Below, in pieces: positions 1-10,846 of a stretch of 64,000 bases of DNA. The translations under genes and the position numbers were made by a program. Location: the NCBI GenBank assembly GCA_008632985.1, contig QPGO01000184.1, forward strand, positions 62,001 to 126,000. The letters run 5' to 3'. The notes beneath the pieces were generated by a model. That model did no database searches. It had not been told where the DNA came from and saw only the letters and a program-made list of their open reading frames with translations. The stretch is from Psammoneis japonica (taxonomy: Eukaryota). The first letter of the stretch is position 1. The number at the start of each line of letters is the position of its first letter.

Positions 1-605
1 GCCATGAACTGGGAACTGGGATGGCACCATCTCGGCCAGAATCTTGGCATGCAAATGGTATTTGTGCATCCAAATGTATCGTATCTATTTGTTGTGCTTT
101 AGACAGTGCGATTTCATAGAAATGCAATCGCTCTGGTGAGAAAACGACAGGAATTCTGTACGGTTATTAAGATGCTTATTGTGATTGGGTTTTGTCTCAC
201 TGTGTTGCGCCACCTCGTTTGGTTTATCGATGATTGTAGGTTGCACCATTGTGGTCGGTTGGGGCGTTGCTCCGACCCGTACCCACACTGCACGACTTTG
301 TTTTCGGCCTTTGCTTGATGCTGTTGTCTACTCGAACGATGGCACGAATGTCCATGGCGTTCTTATTGGTGGCATACTGTGCAGTTTCTGTTATCAATAT
401 ACTCTGCGTGTTCAATTACTGGTTATGGCCAGAGACTGCCTCAGGTAACGCAAGCTACCTCTACTTCCAATGCCTTGCATACAACGTCTTTGCGGGCACT
501 CTTTTCTTAGATTTTGGCTCTTCGACTATGAAGAGAGATAAGGCTCTCCGACTGAGAGAGAAACCTGGGAATACAGCACCGACCCAACAGCCTGGATGCA
601 GCTGA
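1..605 (+). CDS. GPI transamidase subunit PIG-U-like, 3' part (last exon ~240-605; 5' end outside window; may be degenerate)
   Basis: Hydrophobic ORF with LRPVPTLHD and YWLWPETASGNASYLYFQCLAYNVF...FLDF...KRDK, resembling the PIG-U C-terminal (K)PYPT..D and GNANF motifs; acceptor tgtag at 235-239. Confidence 0.6.
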
Positions 606-1899
606 AATACTGCAATACTCTAGAGAGATTAGAACAGCATTTATCTATACTTTTGTAAGGGTTATCATACTACAGACTAGAGCAAATTGTGCCCGAATTG
701 TCTTGTCCACGCATTCAGTGACGGAGCTTCTTTCCCATTCGTGTGGTACTGAGGCCTTCTCCGCTCTCCTTGACGCGCTTGGATAGCTTTTCTCCCAACG
801 CCTCGAAAGTCTAAACTACTGCTATCACTGGATTTCTTCTCCTTCCTGTTCACTATTGCAGTCGTTGTTTCCAAGTCATATTTCAATCGCTTGTCCTTGT
901 TCTTATGAGAGGCGTCCAACTTTTTCCTAAACAATTTCTTGGAGTTCCGCTCCTGCTGCGAAACAGAGTACTCTCCCCTATCCAACTGTAAATCCACCTT
1001 GTGTGGGTCTGAGCTTGTGGAAAGGGTGTATATAGTTTCTTTCCTTTGCTCGTTTCTGTTTCCTTCCTCGGGACATTTTCTTTTGAAACTACTGCAAAAG
1101 CCTAGGCCAGTCCTCATTCTCAAAGTTGGGGTCCTTTTTCAGTTGTGTGGTGCTTGTATCAGCAGCTCAAGAAAGACCCCTGTCAAGGTGGGCATTGACC
1201 AATGTGTCTCAGGTCGCATCATCACTGCGGGGCAACTTTTTGGACATGCTGAAGCATCGACAGCAACTTGTTAGACCTGACGTCGATGCGCCGATCGTTG
1301 CAAGGGGTGATGAGGGGCAGAATGACGAACGAGTCGTTTTCGTCGCAGCATCATTATAGTGCTTCAAACGACACGTTACCAGCAGCAACATCAAACAAGG
1401 AGATGTCTGGAGGCCATGATATTGTTCGGTACTTAAGAGAATTGCTCTGGTTTTTGTTGGAGTACTACACTCGCCGCGGTAGAGATCGTCTTTCGCTCTC
1501 ATGTTCGTCCCAATTGCTGATTCGAAGCACGGAATATCTTGGTTTCCCTGCTGCGTGCCGATGATTGATCCGCTACGTCGCTTCTTGACGGACGGATACA
1601 GCTTTCGTGAAGTTCTTATAGACGATCAGCTCGGGTCTTTGTCAACATATCAAGCGGTTTCTGATACGGTAGCATAATGTCGATGCTGGAGAAGCCTACT
1701 TTGCATACCACGAGGACTAGTAAAAAACCGAATTGAGTCCTTACTGTTGCCATGTGCATAATTGCCATTTTTGCCTCGCATTGGCCTAAAACTTCCCATT
1801 AAGGCCATGAACGCGAGATCTGCCTTTTTTGAAAGCTGGGGTCGGTTTTGGAACAAGAACAGCGAGGAAGTGAGGTGATGGAGGAAGATCGTATTGCGT

Positions 1900-4640
1900 T
1901 TCAACTGATGTGAAACAGCCATGCCATGAGAGTCTGCAACTGGGTGCAGAGTGGTTGTCACCTGAAAGAAGAAATAAGAGGAAAACATGCCTCTGGAACG
2001 GACTGGAAATGGAGGCACATTGTCGCCACAAAAGAAGAAACAAGAGGACACTGCTCATCCCAACAAACCTCTTCTGAGCAGACTGGAAAGAGGATCAAGC
2101 AAGCTCTCCTCAAACTGCAACAGCAGCATTGGCGGACAAACTGTTGGCATGGTTGGCTTGGGTTTGAGCACAGCTGGCCTTCAAAGCATGTTGGCCTTGG
2201 CAATGTGCCCATCTGGACTTGAGTCAAACCAGGTTGCCAGGTTGGCTTGGGCAAATGAGAGGGTCTCCACACATCAGCCCCCCATCCAGCATCCGCCTTG
2301 TGTTTGTGGCAAGTTTGTTCTTCTCCCAACCATTGGAAAAGGCACGTGAGTCATTGTGCTGCTTCGTGACTGCAAACAAATGACAAGAGGCTGAAGCCTT
2401 TGTGTCTGCCCATCATTCCCCAACAGGTTGCCCCCACACTCTGGTGTTCTGCACTGTGAGATTGTGCATGAGTTTGTGCTGCTGCTTGAAGCCCGGAGGA
2501 CAATTGACAAGAGGCCATCTGGGATTGCCAGATTGAGTGCCACATCTGTCCAAGCCCTGACAAGCAACCCTGCTTCCACATTTGCACTGCCCCATGGCAG
2601 CAAAAGCTGCAGCAAGTTCAAGTGCAAGCTGATGCCACTGCTTTGGTTGGAGCAATTGACAAGAGGCCATCTCTCATTCCTGCTCAACTCCAGTGGGCGG
2701 CTTTGCATTGCTGCTGCTGTGCTTTTTAAAACATCCTCCTTGGTTGCTCTGACCCCAAACCACAATCAGCACATTGCCTCATCTCAAAGAACCACCCCCA
2801 GACTGCCAACTGCAACCCAGAAACCACTTTCTCAGATTCCCATCAGCACATGGTGTGCCCTTTTCTTGACCACACAACCACAGTGAAGTGACAATTCTGT
2901 CTCTGTGTGCAGGAAGGCAAGAGCAAGAGCAAGGTCAGCAGATGAAATGCAAAACAAAAATTGACAATGTGACACACCTTCACAACAAGAAAACACACAA
3001 ACACCTCACTTTCTGCAGCAACAAAGCCAGCAGCAAGCAGAGCACCCATGGCCACTGCAATGAGAGCCATGGTTAAAAGAGAGACACAAGAAACAACTCT
3101 TCCATTTTGCTTTCATGTTGTTTGAGTTGATTGTCAGAGTCATGAGCAAGTCAAGAGAAAACAGAAAATTAAGCATCGGATTGCACATGTGCCAGAAACA
3201 CACAAAATCCCATGGAGCCACCAGGCCTTGAGTCTTCCATGTCTTGGTGTGCTCTTGATGCCAGGCAGGTTTTGCTGACTTTCCCCAGTGGGGGATCAGA
3301 CATTTTCCAAATGTCAGAGCTGGTGCAGACATGACAAATTTTCCAGAAAAAGACAAGCAGCAAATTGATCTTACAAGCATTATGGTGAGGTTGCTTGTTC
3401 TTTGATTGTTGTTGTGGCAGAAATGCAGCATGTTCAACATTGCATGGTGGTTGCCAGTCGTGTGTGTTTGTTGGTTCTTGTCAGATCTTTGTGGATGCAT
3501 GCCAGATGCAGATTTTCAACATTTCCAAACAAATGATCCTGTGTGTTGCTTTCTGTTTTTGCATCTTTGCCTCTTCATTTGTGTTGCCAAAAGATGCTGC
3601 AAGGATCTTCAGTTCTTGCTGCTCACTGCAGAACTCTGCTTCATTCCGTGCGTTCAGCCCACGTCAAAGTCAATCTCTTTGGATTCGCCATGTGTGGTCT
3701 CAGCTTGATTTAAAATGAGGCAGGCGTTCCACATGCAGAAGGGCCAAATGACTCCATGCAGCAACAATTTGAGGCCATGTGCAATGTGCTCAAGCACTGA
3801 GTTTGCTGTTGTCTGCTGCCAGCAAGCCAAAAATGACATTTGTCATGCATGCTCTAGATTGCCTTTTTGCCTTTTTTGGGAGTTGCCCGAGTTGTGAGAA
3901 GCCCCGGGTGGACACCATGCAATGCATTGTGTTGAAAACCATGCATTGACAAGATGGGAAGAGCATCTCTTCCTTCTCAAAAAGACCCTGTGATGGACTT
4001 GAGCCATCTGCGGAAGTCTCAATGCGAGCTGCACACCAGCCTCAGGAATCCGACAACTGTCGTGAGCTGCTTTGCTTGTGATCAGGTAACCACTCAAACA
4101 GCAGACTCAGCTCAAGTGACCATGTGGTCAGGACACATGCTTGCCACAGCAGAGTTGTTCCCACTCTGCCAGCTCTGAGTCAAAAGAAGCATCAGAGAGA
4201 AGAGTATGCACAGTTGCTGTGGAGAAGAGCAAAAACTGATCATCTCTGGGTGTTGAATCAAATCACAGCCAATGTTCAACATGTCAATCACACAAGTGAG
4301 CAAGACAGCTCATGTGCACTCTTTGCTAGCCAGTCTGGTTTGAATTCTAGCTGTGCCGTGCTCTTTGTTCGACAAGGAGCTTTGCCAAAGTCCCGACCAC
4401 TTCTTAAATCTTTTCAATCACTCCATCAACTGTGGGAATTTTCAGCACCACTTTTTTGATTTTTCATAAGATGTTCTCAATCATGAACTTGCGTGCTGCT
4501 TGTGCTTGTCATTTGTGCGTGGACAGCTGCATCAAGTGCTTTTTGTGGCAGTGGAGCAGACAATGGCTCTCCGGCTGGTCCAAAGCATGTTGGATTGGGA
4601 CTTGCATCATCGCACCGAGTCTGGTTCAACCTTTAAAAGC
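1900..4640. other. TpA-depleted, TpG/CpA-rich hypermutated block A (degenerate sequence)
   Basis: TA nearly absent; survivors often in ttaa/ctag (e.g. ~2727, 3073, 3710, 3854, 4634); ORFs are short, Tyr-poor and Cys/His-rich; normal TA density resumes at ~4649. Confidence 0.85.
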
Positions 4641-4968
4641 TTGGTGCTGTACGATCCGTAGTTTTATGTCATTCCTGCTGTTACCGGAGACGATTACTAT
4701 GCTGTAGCCCTACAATTTGAAGTGCTCATTTATTTCGATTCTCTCGATAAAATACGAAGCTTGTGGTCTCTCCAAGGTGGATGTGCTTCTCATGTTGGAT
4801 CTAGAACAGCCCAACTATCTGTATCCCATCAAACTATCGAAACTGACAGAAAAACTGTTGGAAAGTAGCCTCTCTCTCTCTCTCTCTAGACCATATATGC
4901 TCCATTTAGAGTACTATATTATTTGAGTTTAGTATAACAAGGCGAACCATCAAAAAGCAAGGCATATT

Positions 4969-6024
4969 TTAGAGACTACCAAGCTTGTCCCACGCCACTT
5001 GTCCAATGGCTGCATCCTGGGCGCCAGTTCCGGTAAGATCCACGACAATGATTTCGTTTCCTTCACGACCCGGCTTGTCCCCATTGACAATGTCACCAAG
5101 CTCTGCGTACACATCATCCTCCGTCATGACGCCAGCCTGCAAAGCTCCTCGGAGTTCGCCTACTCTCGAAGTCTGCTTGGTAAGGTCCGGAATGTATTTC
5201 GATGCCTTGAGAACATCATTGGGAATTTCTTGCTTGGTGGGTTGGTCAGATCCAGACGCAATGATTGTGACACCCTTGGGATTAAGCCAATCTTTTTCCA
5301 ATACATGTTCTCCTCCTGGAGTTTGGGTAAAGATAACATCAGACGTTTCGCAGAGTTCTTTTGCGGAGGATGCGACTGTAAATGGCATTCCAAGCTCTTC
5401 TTCCATATCCTTGGCGAATTCTTCCGAGCCGGCAAGACCAAAGGCAATGCCCTTGAATGGACGAACGGCAGCAGCGGCGCGAGCCATGTTGCGAGCAATA
5501 GCTCCACAACCGATAAAGCCAATAACATCTTGTTCCGGCGAAGAGCAGTACTTCAAAGACACTGCACCCGCAGCCCCAGTACGTAGATCTGTCATGAATC
5601 GATTTTCTTGAAAGACTCCAAGCGGTGCACCCGTCACAGCATTTACAACAACAAAGATACCGGAACCTGGAGGAAGGTTCTTCTCGGCATTCTTGTAGAA
5701 CGAGACCATTGCCAACTTGACTGTAAAAGTTGGTGTTCCAGAAACATACCCACCCTTGATATGACAATCTCCGGGACCAGCCGCAGGAGACTCTTCAATT
5801 CCAATGTGCATGGGAAGTGGAACGTCCACCTTTCCTTTGGCTAACGCCTTGAAAGCCTCCTCGACACTGGAAATAGCATCGGCGACTGTAAGGTTTGAAG
5901 TTACCGTTTCGTAGTCAAACAACTTTGGTGGTGGAAATCCAGCAGTGGCAAAGGCTCTTGTCGCCACACCACTAGTCATGGCGGTGCGGCGAACGGCATG
6001 TCTCGCAAACGTTGACAGCAACAT
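4969..6024 (-). CDS. Ornithine cyclodeaminase/mu-crystallin family protein with N-terminal mitochondrial-type presequence
   Basis: 351 aa intact ORF; motifs HIKGG, TDLRTGAAGAVS, GFIGCGAIA (Rossmann), DLTGTGAQDAAI; Arg/Ala/Thr-rich N-terminus. Confidence 0.92.
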   Translation of the reverse strand: MLLSTFARHAVRRTAMTSGVATRAFATAGFPPPKLFDYETVTSNLTVADAISSVEEAFKALAKGKVDVPLPMHIGIEESPAAGPGDCHIKGGYVSGTPTFTVKLAMVSFYKNAEKNLPPGSGIFVVVNAVTGAPLGVFQENRFMTDLRTGAAGAVSLKYCSSPEQDVIGFIGCGAIARNMARAAAAVRPFKGIAFGLAGSEEFAKDMEEELGMPFTVASSAKELCETSDVIFTQTPGGEHVLEKDWLNPKGVTIIASGSDQPTKQEIPNDVLKASKYIPDLTKQTSRVGELRGALQAGVMTEDDVYAELGDIVNGDKPGREGNEIIVVDLTGTGAQDAAIGQVAWDKLGSL

Positions 6025-6227
6025 GGCGACAGTTCAAGCTCCGAAAGATTTGTGTCGGTTCATCAGCGACGACCAAAATTATTTGTACCTGATTTCTACG
6101 TAGATTCTACGTGATCCTATGAGGTAAAGATGACGGAATAGTGACGTAGACAGAGGCTGACGTCATATCATGCACACAGGTAATTGATTCATTCGACTGG
6201 TTGAGCACGGGAGGAACAGATGATAAG

Positions 6228-6330
6228 ACTCGAGACTCACTTTACTCTCTACTACTCTAGCTCTAGAGCTACTCTCTCTAGAGAGTAGAGAGTACCGGTA
6301 GAGACTACTCTCTCTACTCTCTAGAGAGTA
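6228..6330. promoter_or_regulatory. TA-rich palindromic CTAG/CTCTAC/TACCGGTA island upstream of the OCD gene
   Basis: ctctagctctagagctactctctctagagagtagagagtaccggtagagactactctctctactctctagagagta, ~200-300 bp upstream of the ATG at 6024; regulatory role is inference. Confidence 0.4.
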
Positions 6331-6631
6331 AAAAGATTTAGGTTGGCGAGCCTACTGGTACAGGAAACGCAAGAGCGCTACAGTACTGTATGTCTATCCA
6401 TTGTTCATAGCCTAATCATCATGTACAGTTGATATTCAAAAATGGAAAATAGTTGTAGCTGTCGCAGAAGACTTCAAAGAACCTACTGCTGTGGAACTCG
6501 TCTCATTTAGGCAGTAGCTTCTGGTTGGTTGTCTTGAAACTAGGTTTATCTTCAAATTATTGGCTTATTAATTAGCACTGTTGGAATCGGTGCGTAAAGG
6601 TAGCCGAATGAAAGAGAATATTTGCTGTCGT

Positions 6632-7162
6632 CTATTGTTTATGTCTTGAAGTCGCAACCGCGAAATAGTTTTCGCCTTTTCGTTTCACAGTCTTGTGTTT
6701 TAAATAGGAGCCCCAAATACTCTTGGCTTCTTCTTTTTCTTCCTCCTCAAATGGATCAGAATCGCTTCGTCTCAGAGGAGCAGCAGTGACGCCCCGCGGA
6801 AGGTCGTAAATCTCCTCGTTGCTCACGTCGGGCAGGTTCACCTTTTTGATTTGTTCCAAGCAATGCAACATGTTGGCTAAATCACGACGCATGGAACCCG
6901 TATCCTCGAGATATCGTATATCTAACAAACTCCGTTGTGCCAAGTTCTTCAATTCGTGCGTCGACACGGGTTCTTTGGCCGACGTGAGTTGCAAATCTTG
7001 AATCGACCATGTTGGCTCTGGTATCAGCACCTTATTTTCGTCGTTTTGTTTGCCGGAAGATAAGTTACGAAGTATTAACAACGTGAACTGTTTATTCTGG
7101 ATGCTACAGGCACGAATCGTGGCTTGTTTTGCCGAGCTCTGGAGTCGAACCATCAAAGGCAT
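6632..7162 (-). CDS. Glu-tRNA(Gln) amidotransferase subunit C (GatC/GatF)-like, probably mitochondrial
   Basis: 176 aa; PTWS, 'ELKNLAQRSLL', 'DLANMLHCLEQIKKV', 'PLRRSD', terminal 'YFAV' follow the GatC pattern. Confidence 0.6.
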   Translation of the reverse strand: MPLMVRLQSSAKQATIRACSIQNKQFTLLILRNLSSGKQNDENKVLIPEPTWSIQDLQLTSAKEPVSTHELKNLAQRSLLDIRYLEDTGSMRRDLANMLHCLEQIKKVNLPDVSNEEIYDLPRGVTAAPLRRSDSDPFEEEEKEEAKSIWGSYLKHKTVKRKGENYFAVATSRHKQ

Positions 7163-7365
7163 TATGCCACGACGCCGCTTTATGCTTGACTACTGTTAAA
7201 TTTTTTTAATATTCAGCAATTGTTGAGGTGCAAATGAATCATCCCTTTGCATTCAATATAGGCAAGTGAAGATCGCCGAAGCGAAGGAGTGGTCAGGGTT
7301 GTGTACAGTAATAATGGGGCCCTATCGCCGTCGCTTTCAACAGCGTCATACATGAATGATGAATG

Positions 7366-8602
7366 GCGATGGATTTTTTCATTATTTATATAAAAATAAG
7401 TTTGCGATTCTTAAAAATAAATTTCACGACTGGCCTCCACGTGGATCTCCAAACGGCCCCAAAGGAGGCAAGCCCTTTCCGTTTCAACGGCAGACGTTAT
7501 TTTTAAATTTATTTAGCCTCGCCGGAACTGTCATCCAACGCATCGTGCGTTGCTCTTCTCTCGTTTCTCGTTTTGTTTCTTGTACATGCAGTGTATGGAA
7601 TAACTTCCACGATGATGGTGTTCCATGTCTACATCATGGTCTCGAATCCCATATGCTGCCAGAGGGTCCGTTTGTTCAGGAACTACACAACGTCGGTGGA
7701 CAACGCTCGCACAGCAGTGGCATTTCGAATCTCAAGATGGCAGGGGTAAATCAAGACAGCGACGGTGCTCCTGACAACGAAGTTGAAGTTATTCAAGTCA
7801 TCCATCCCAATGATGGGAATACCGAGCAACACAACGAAGTTTCGAACAAGGATTCCGACGATGACATTGTTGACGTCTGCTCCAACAACGATGGCAGGAT
7901 CGAGTGCGACAACGATGATTCGATCTCGGATGATGAAGTTGAAGTCATTCAAGTCCACCATCACACCTTGAGAGCGTCTTTCAAGCCATTCCTAATTGCT
8001 GGTGCAGCGTCGGCCATGAGTGTTGTGGTGGGAAATGAATTCGGAGCTGCCTTGAGCGCCGCCTCGGCTGCAAACTTGAAGTCCTTGCCTTTTTCAGAAT
8101 TTGGTAACGCCATGATGACAGGATGGCAATGGCGCTCCGCGTCGTCCACACCCATCATTATCACTGGATAGCCGGAACTCAGTGGCTTGTACGTGCCATC
8201 TAAGTTGCACCTTGAAGTCAGTTGGAACTTTCGCAGTGGGCGCTTTGTCGACATGACAATTCCGAAATCGTCTTTTGATGTGATGTGACAATCAAGGATG
8301 AAAGGCTCATCGTCGCCCAAACCGGGATCATTGACATCTTTCTTCATCTCGTCGCAATGTCGTTGAATCTCTGACACGGCTCCTCCTTCACGTTTACGAC
8401 GGTTCTTCAAGCAAGTCTGGACTTCTTTGTGGCTTGGTAGATTGCCATCGTTGGAGAGAAGATTCTGCTCTGCTAGATGTTCGTGAGGCAAGCCAACCAA
8501 TTGACACAAGATTCCATCAGCCGTCTTGGCATCTACATTTTTCTCAATGTGCTGCTTCTGCTTGTAAGTCAATCCTTGCTGTCGAGTGCTGTGATCCTTT
8601 GT
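7366..8602 (-). mobile_element. Mutator-like (MULE) DNA transposon, partial; transposase fragment ~7961-8602
   Basis: Minus-strand peptide LDGTYKPLSSGYPVIMMGVDDAERHCHPVIMALPNSEKGKDF...LMADAAPAIRNG matches the MULE DDE core; AT-rich terminal segment 7366-7520; sequence absent at the equivalent site in copy 2 (10615). Confidence 0.85.
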
Positions 8603-8603
8603 N

Positions 8604-9274
8604 AGTTCTTTTGCGGAGGATGCGACTGTAAATGGCATTCCAAGCTCTTCTTCCATATCCTTGGCGAATTCTTCCGAGCCGGCAAGACCAAAGGCAATGC
8701 CCTTGAATGGACGAACGGCAGCAGCGGCGCGAGCCATGTTGCGAGCAATAGCTCCACAACCGATAAAGCCAATAACATCTTGTTCCGGCGAAGAGCAGTA
8801 CTTCAAAGACACTGCACCCGCAGCCCCAGTACGTAGATCTGTCATGAATCGATTTTCTTGAAAGACTCCAAGCGGTGCACCCGTCACAGCATTTACAACA
8901 ACAAAGATACCGGAACCTGGAGGAAGGTTCTTCTCGGCATTCTTGTAGAACGAGACCATTGCCAACTTGACTGTAAAAGTTGGTGTTCCAGAAACATACC
9001 CACCCTTGATATGACAATCTCCGGGACCAGCCGCAGGAGACTCTTCAATTCCAATGTGCATGGGAAGTGGAACGTCCACCTTTCCTTTGGCTAACGCCTT
9101 GAAAGCCTCCTCGACACTGGAAATAGCATCGGCGACTGTAAGGTTTGAAGTTACCGTTTCGTAGTCAAACAACTTTGGTGGTGGAAATCCAGCAGTGGCA
9201 AAGGCTCTTGTCGCCACACCACTAGTCATGGCGGTGCGGCGAACGGCATGTCTCGCAAACGTTGACAGCAACAT
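8604..9274 (-). CDS. Second (3'-truncated at the N) copy of the ornithine cyclodeaminase gene; probably allelic/assembly duplicate
   Basis: Same sequence as 5354-6024; cut at N8603. Confidence 0.7.
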
Positions 9275-9881
9275 GGCGACAGTTCAAGCTCCGAAAGATT
9301 TGTGTCGGTTCATCAGCGACGACCAAAATTATTTGTACCTGATTTCTACGTAGATTCTACGTGATCCTATGAGGTAAAGATGACGGAATAGTGACGTAGA
9401 CAGAGGCTGACGTCATATCATGCACACAGGTAATTGATTCATTCGACTGGTTGAGCACGGGAGGAACAGATGATAAGACTCGAGACTCACTTTACTCTCT
9501 ACTACTCTAGCTCTAGAGCTACTCTCTCTAGAGAGTAGAGAGTACCGGTAGAGACTACTCTCTCTACTCTCTAGAGAGTAAAAAGATTTAGGTTGGCGAG
9601 CCTACTGGTACAGGAAACGCAAGAGCGCTACAGTACTGTATGTCTATCCATTGTTCATAGCCTAATCATCATGTACAGTTGATATTCAAAAATGGAAAAT
9701 AGTTGTAGCTGTCGCAGAAGACTTCAAAGAACCTACTGCTGTGGAACTCGTCTCATTTAGGCAGTAGCTTCTGGTTGGTTGTCTTGAAACTAGGTTTATC
9801 TTCAAATTATTGGCTTATTAATTAGCACTGTTGGAATCGGTGCGTAAAGGTAGCCGAATGAAAGAGAATATTTGCTGTCGT

Positions 9882-10412
9882 CTATTGTTTATGTCTTGAA
9901 GTCGCAACCGCGAAATAGTTTTCGCCTTTTCGTTTCACAGTCTTGTGTTTTAAATAGGAGCCCCAAATACTCTTGGCTTCTTCTTTTTCTTCCTCCTCAA
10001 ATGGATCAGAATCGCTTCGTCTCAGAGGAGCAGCAGTGACGCCCCGCGGAAGGTCGTAAATCTCCTCGTTGCTCACGTCGGGCAGGTTCACCTTTTTGAT
10101 TTGTTCCAAGCAATGCAACATGTTGGCTAAATCACGACGCATGGAACCCGTATCCTCGAGATATCGTATATCTAACAAACTCCGTTGTGCCAAGTTCTTC
10201 AATTCGTGCGTCGACACGGGTTCTTTGGCCGACGTGAGTTGCAAATCTTGAATCGACCATGTTGGCTCTGGTATCAGCACCTTATTTTCGTCGTTTTGTT
10301 TGCCGGAAGATAAGTTACGAAGTATTAACAACGTGAACTGTTTATTCTGGATGCTACAGGCACGAATCGTGGCTTGTTTTGCCGAGCTCTGGAGTCGAAC
10401 CATCAAAGGCAT
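9882..10412 (-). CDS. Second copy of the GatC-like gene; probably allelic/assembly duplicate
   Basis: Identical translation to 6632-7162. Confidence 0.6.
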   Translation of the reverse strand: MPLMVRLQSSAKQATIRACSIQNKQFTLLILRNLSSGKQNDENKVLIPEPTWSIQDLQLTSAKEPVSTHELKNLAQRSLLDIRYLEDTGSMRRDLANMLHCLEQIKKVNLPDVSNEEIYDLPRGVTAAPLRRSDSDPFEEEEKEEAKSIWGSYLKHKTVKRKGENYFAVATSRHKQ

Positions 10413-10846
10413 TATGCCACGACGCCGCTTTATGCTTGACTACTGTTAAATTTTTTTAATATTCAGCAATTGTTGAGGTGCAAATGAATCATCCCTTTGC
10501 ATTCAATATAGGCAAGTGAAGATCGCCGAAGCGAAGGAGTGGTCAGGGTTGTGTACAGTAATAATGGGGCCCTATCGCCGTCGCTTTCAACAGCGTCATA
10601 CATGAATGATGAATGACGCTGGGCTCGCGGCTCATTCGACTCTCGTTTTCGAATTTATGGAATAGATCATTTCAGCAGATTTTCGTATTCTTTTGCCAGA
10701 CTCCTGTACTATTATTAGTATTACACTCGAAGATATTTCCCCGCCGCACTGCAGGTTATGTGTTGCCGCATGAGGACACGTCAAAGAAAGCCCTAACGTC
10801 TAATCTAAAGCCATCTGACATACTTCGTACCTTAGAAACATTTTAA

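Larger units (their letters stand above)
5354..7365. repeat. Copy 1 of an apparently identical ~2.0 kb duplication (copy 2 at 8604-10615)
   Basis: Matches 8604-10615 at a constant offset of 3250; copy 2 starts right after a single N at 8603. Confidence 0.95.

Noticed and set aside
677..1830. Possible minus-strand gene
   Set aside because: Fragmented ORFs in several frames with no recognisable domain.
7961..9274. 437-aa ORF that looks like an ornithine cyclodeaminase-transposase fusion
   Set aside because: The junction is exactly the single N at 8603, a scaffolding join.
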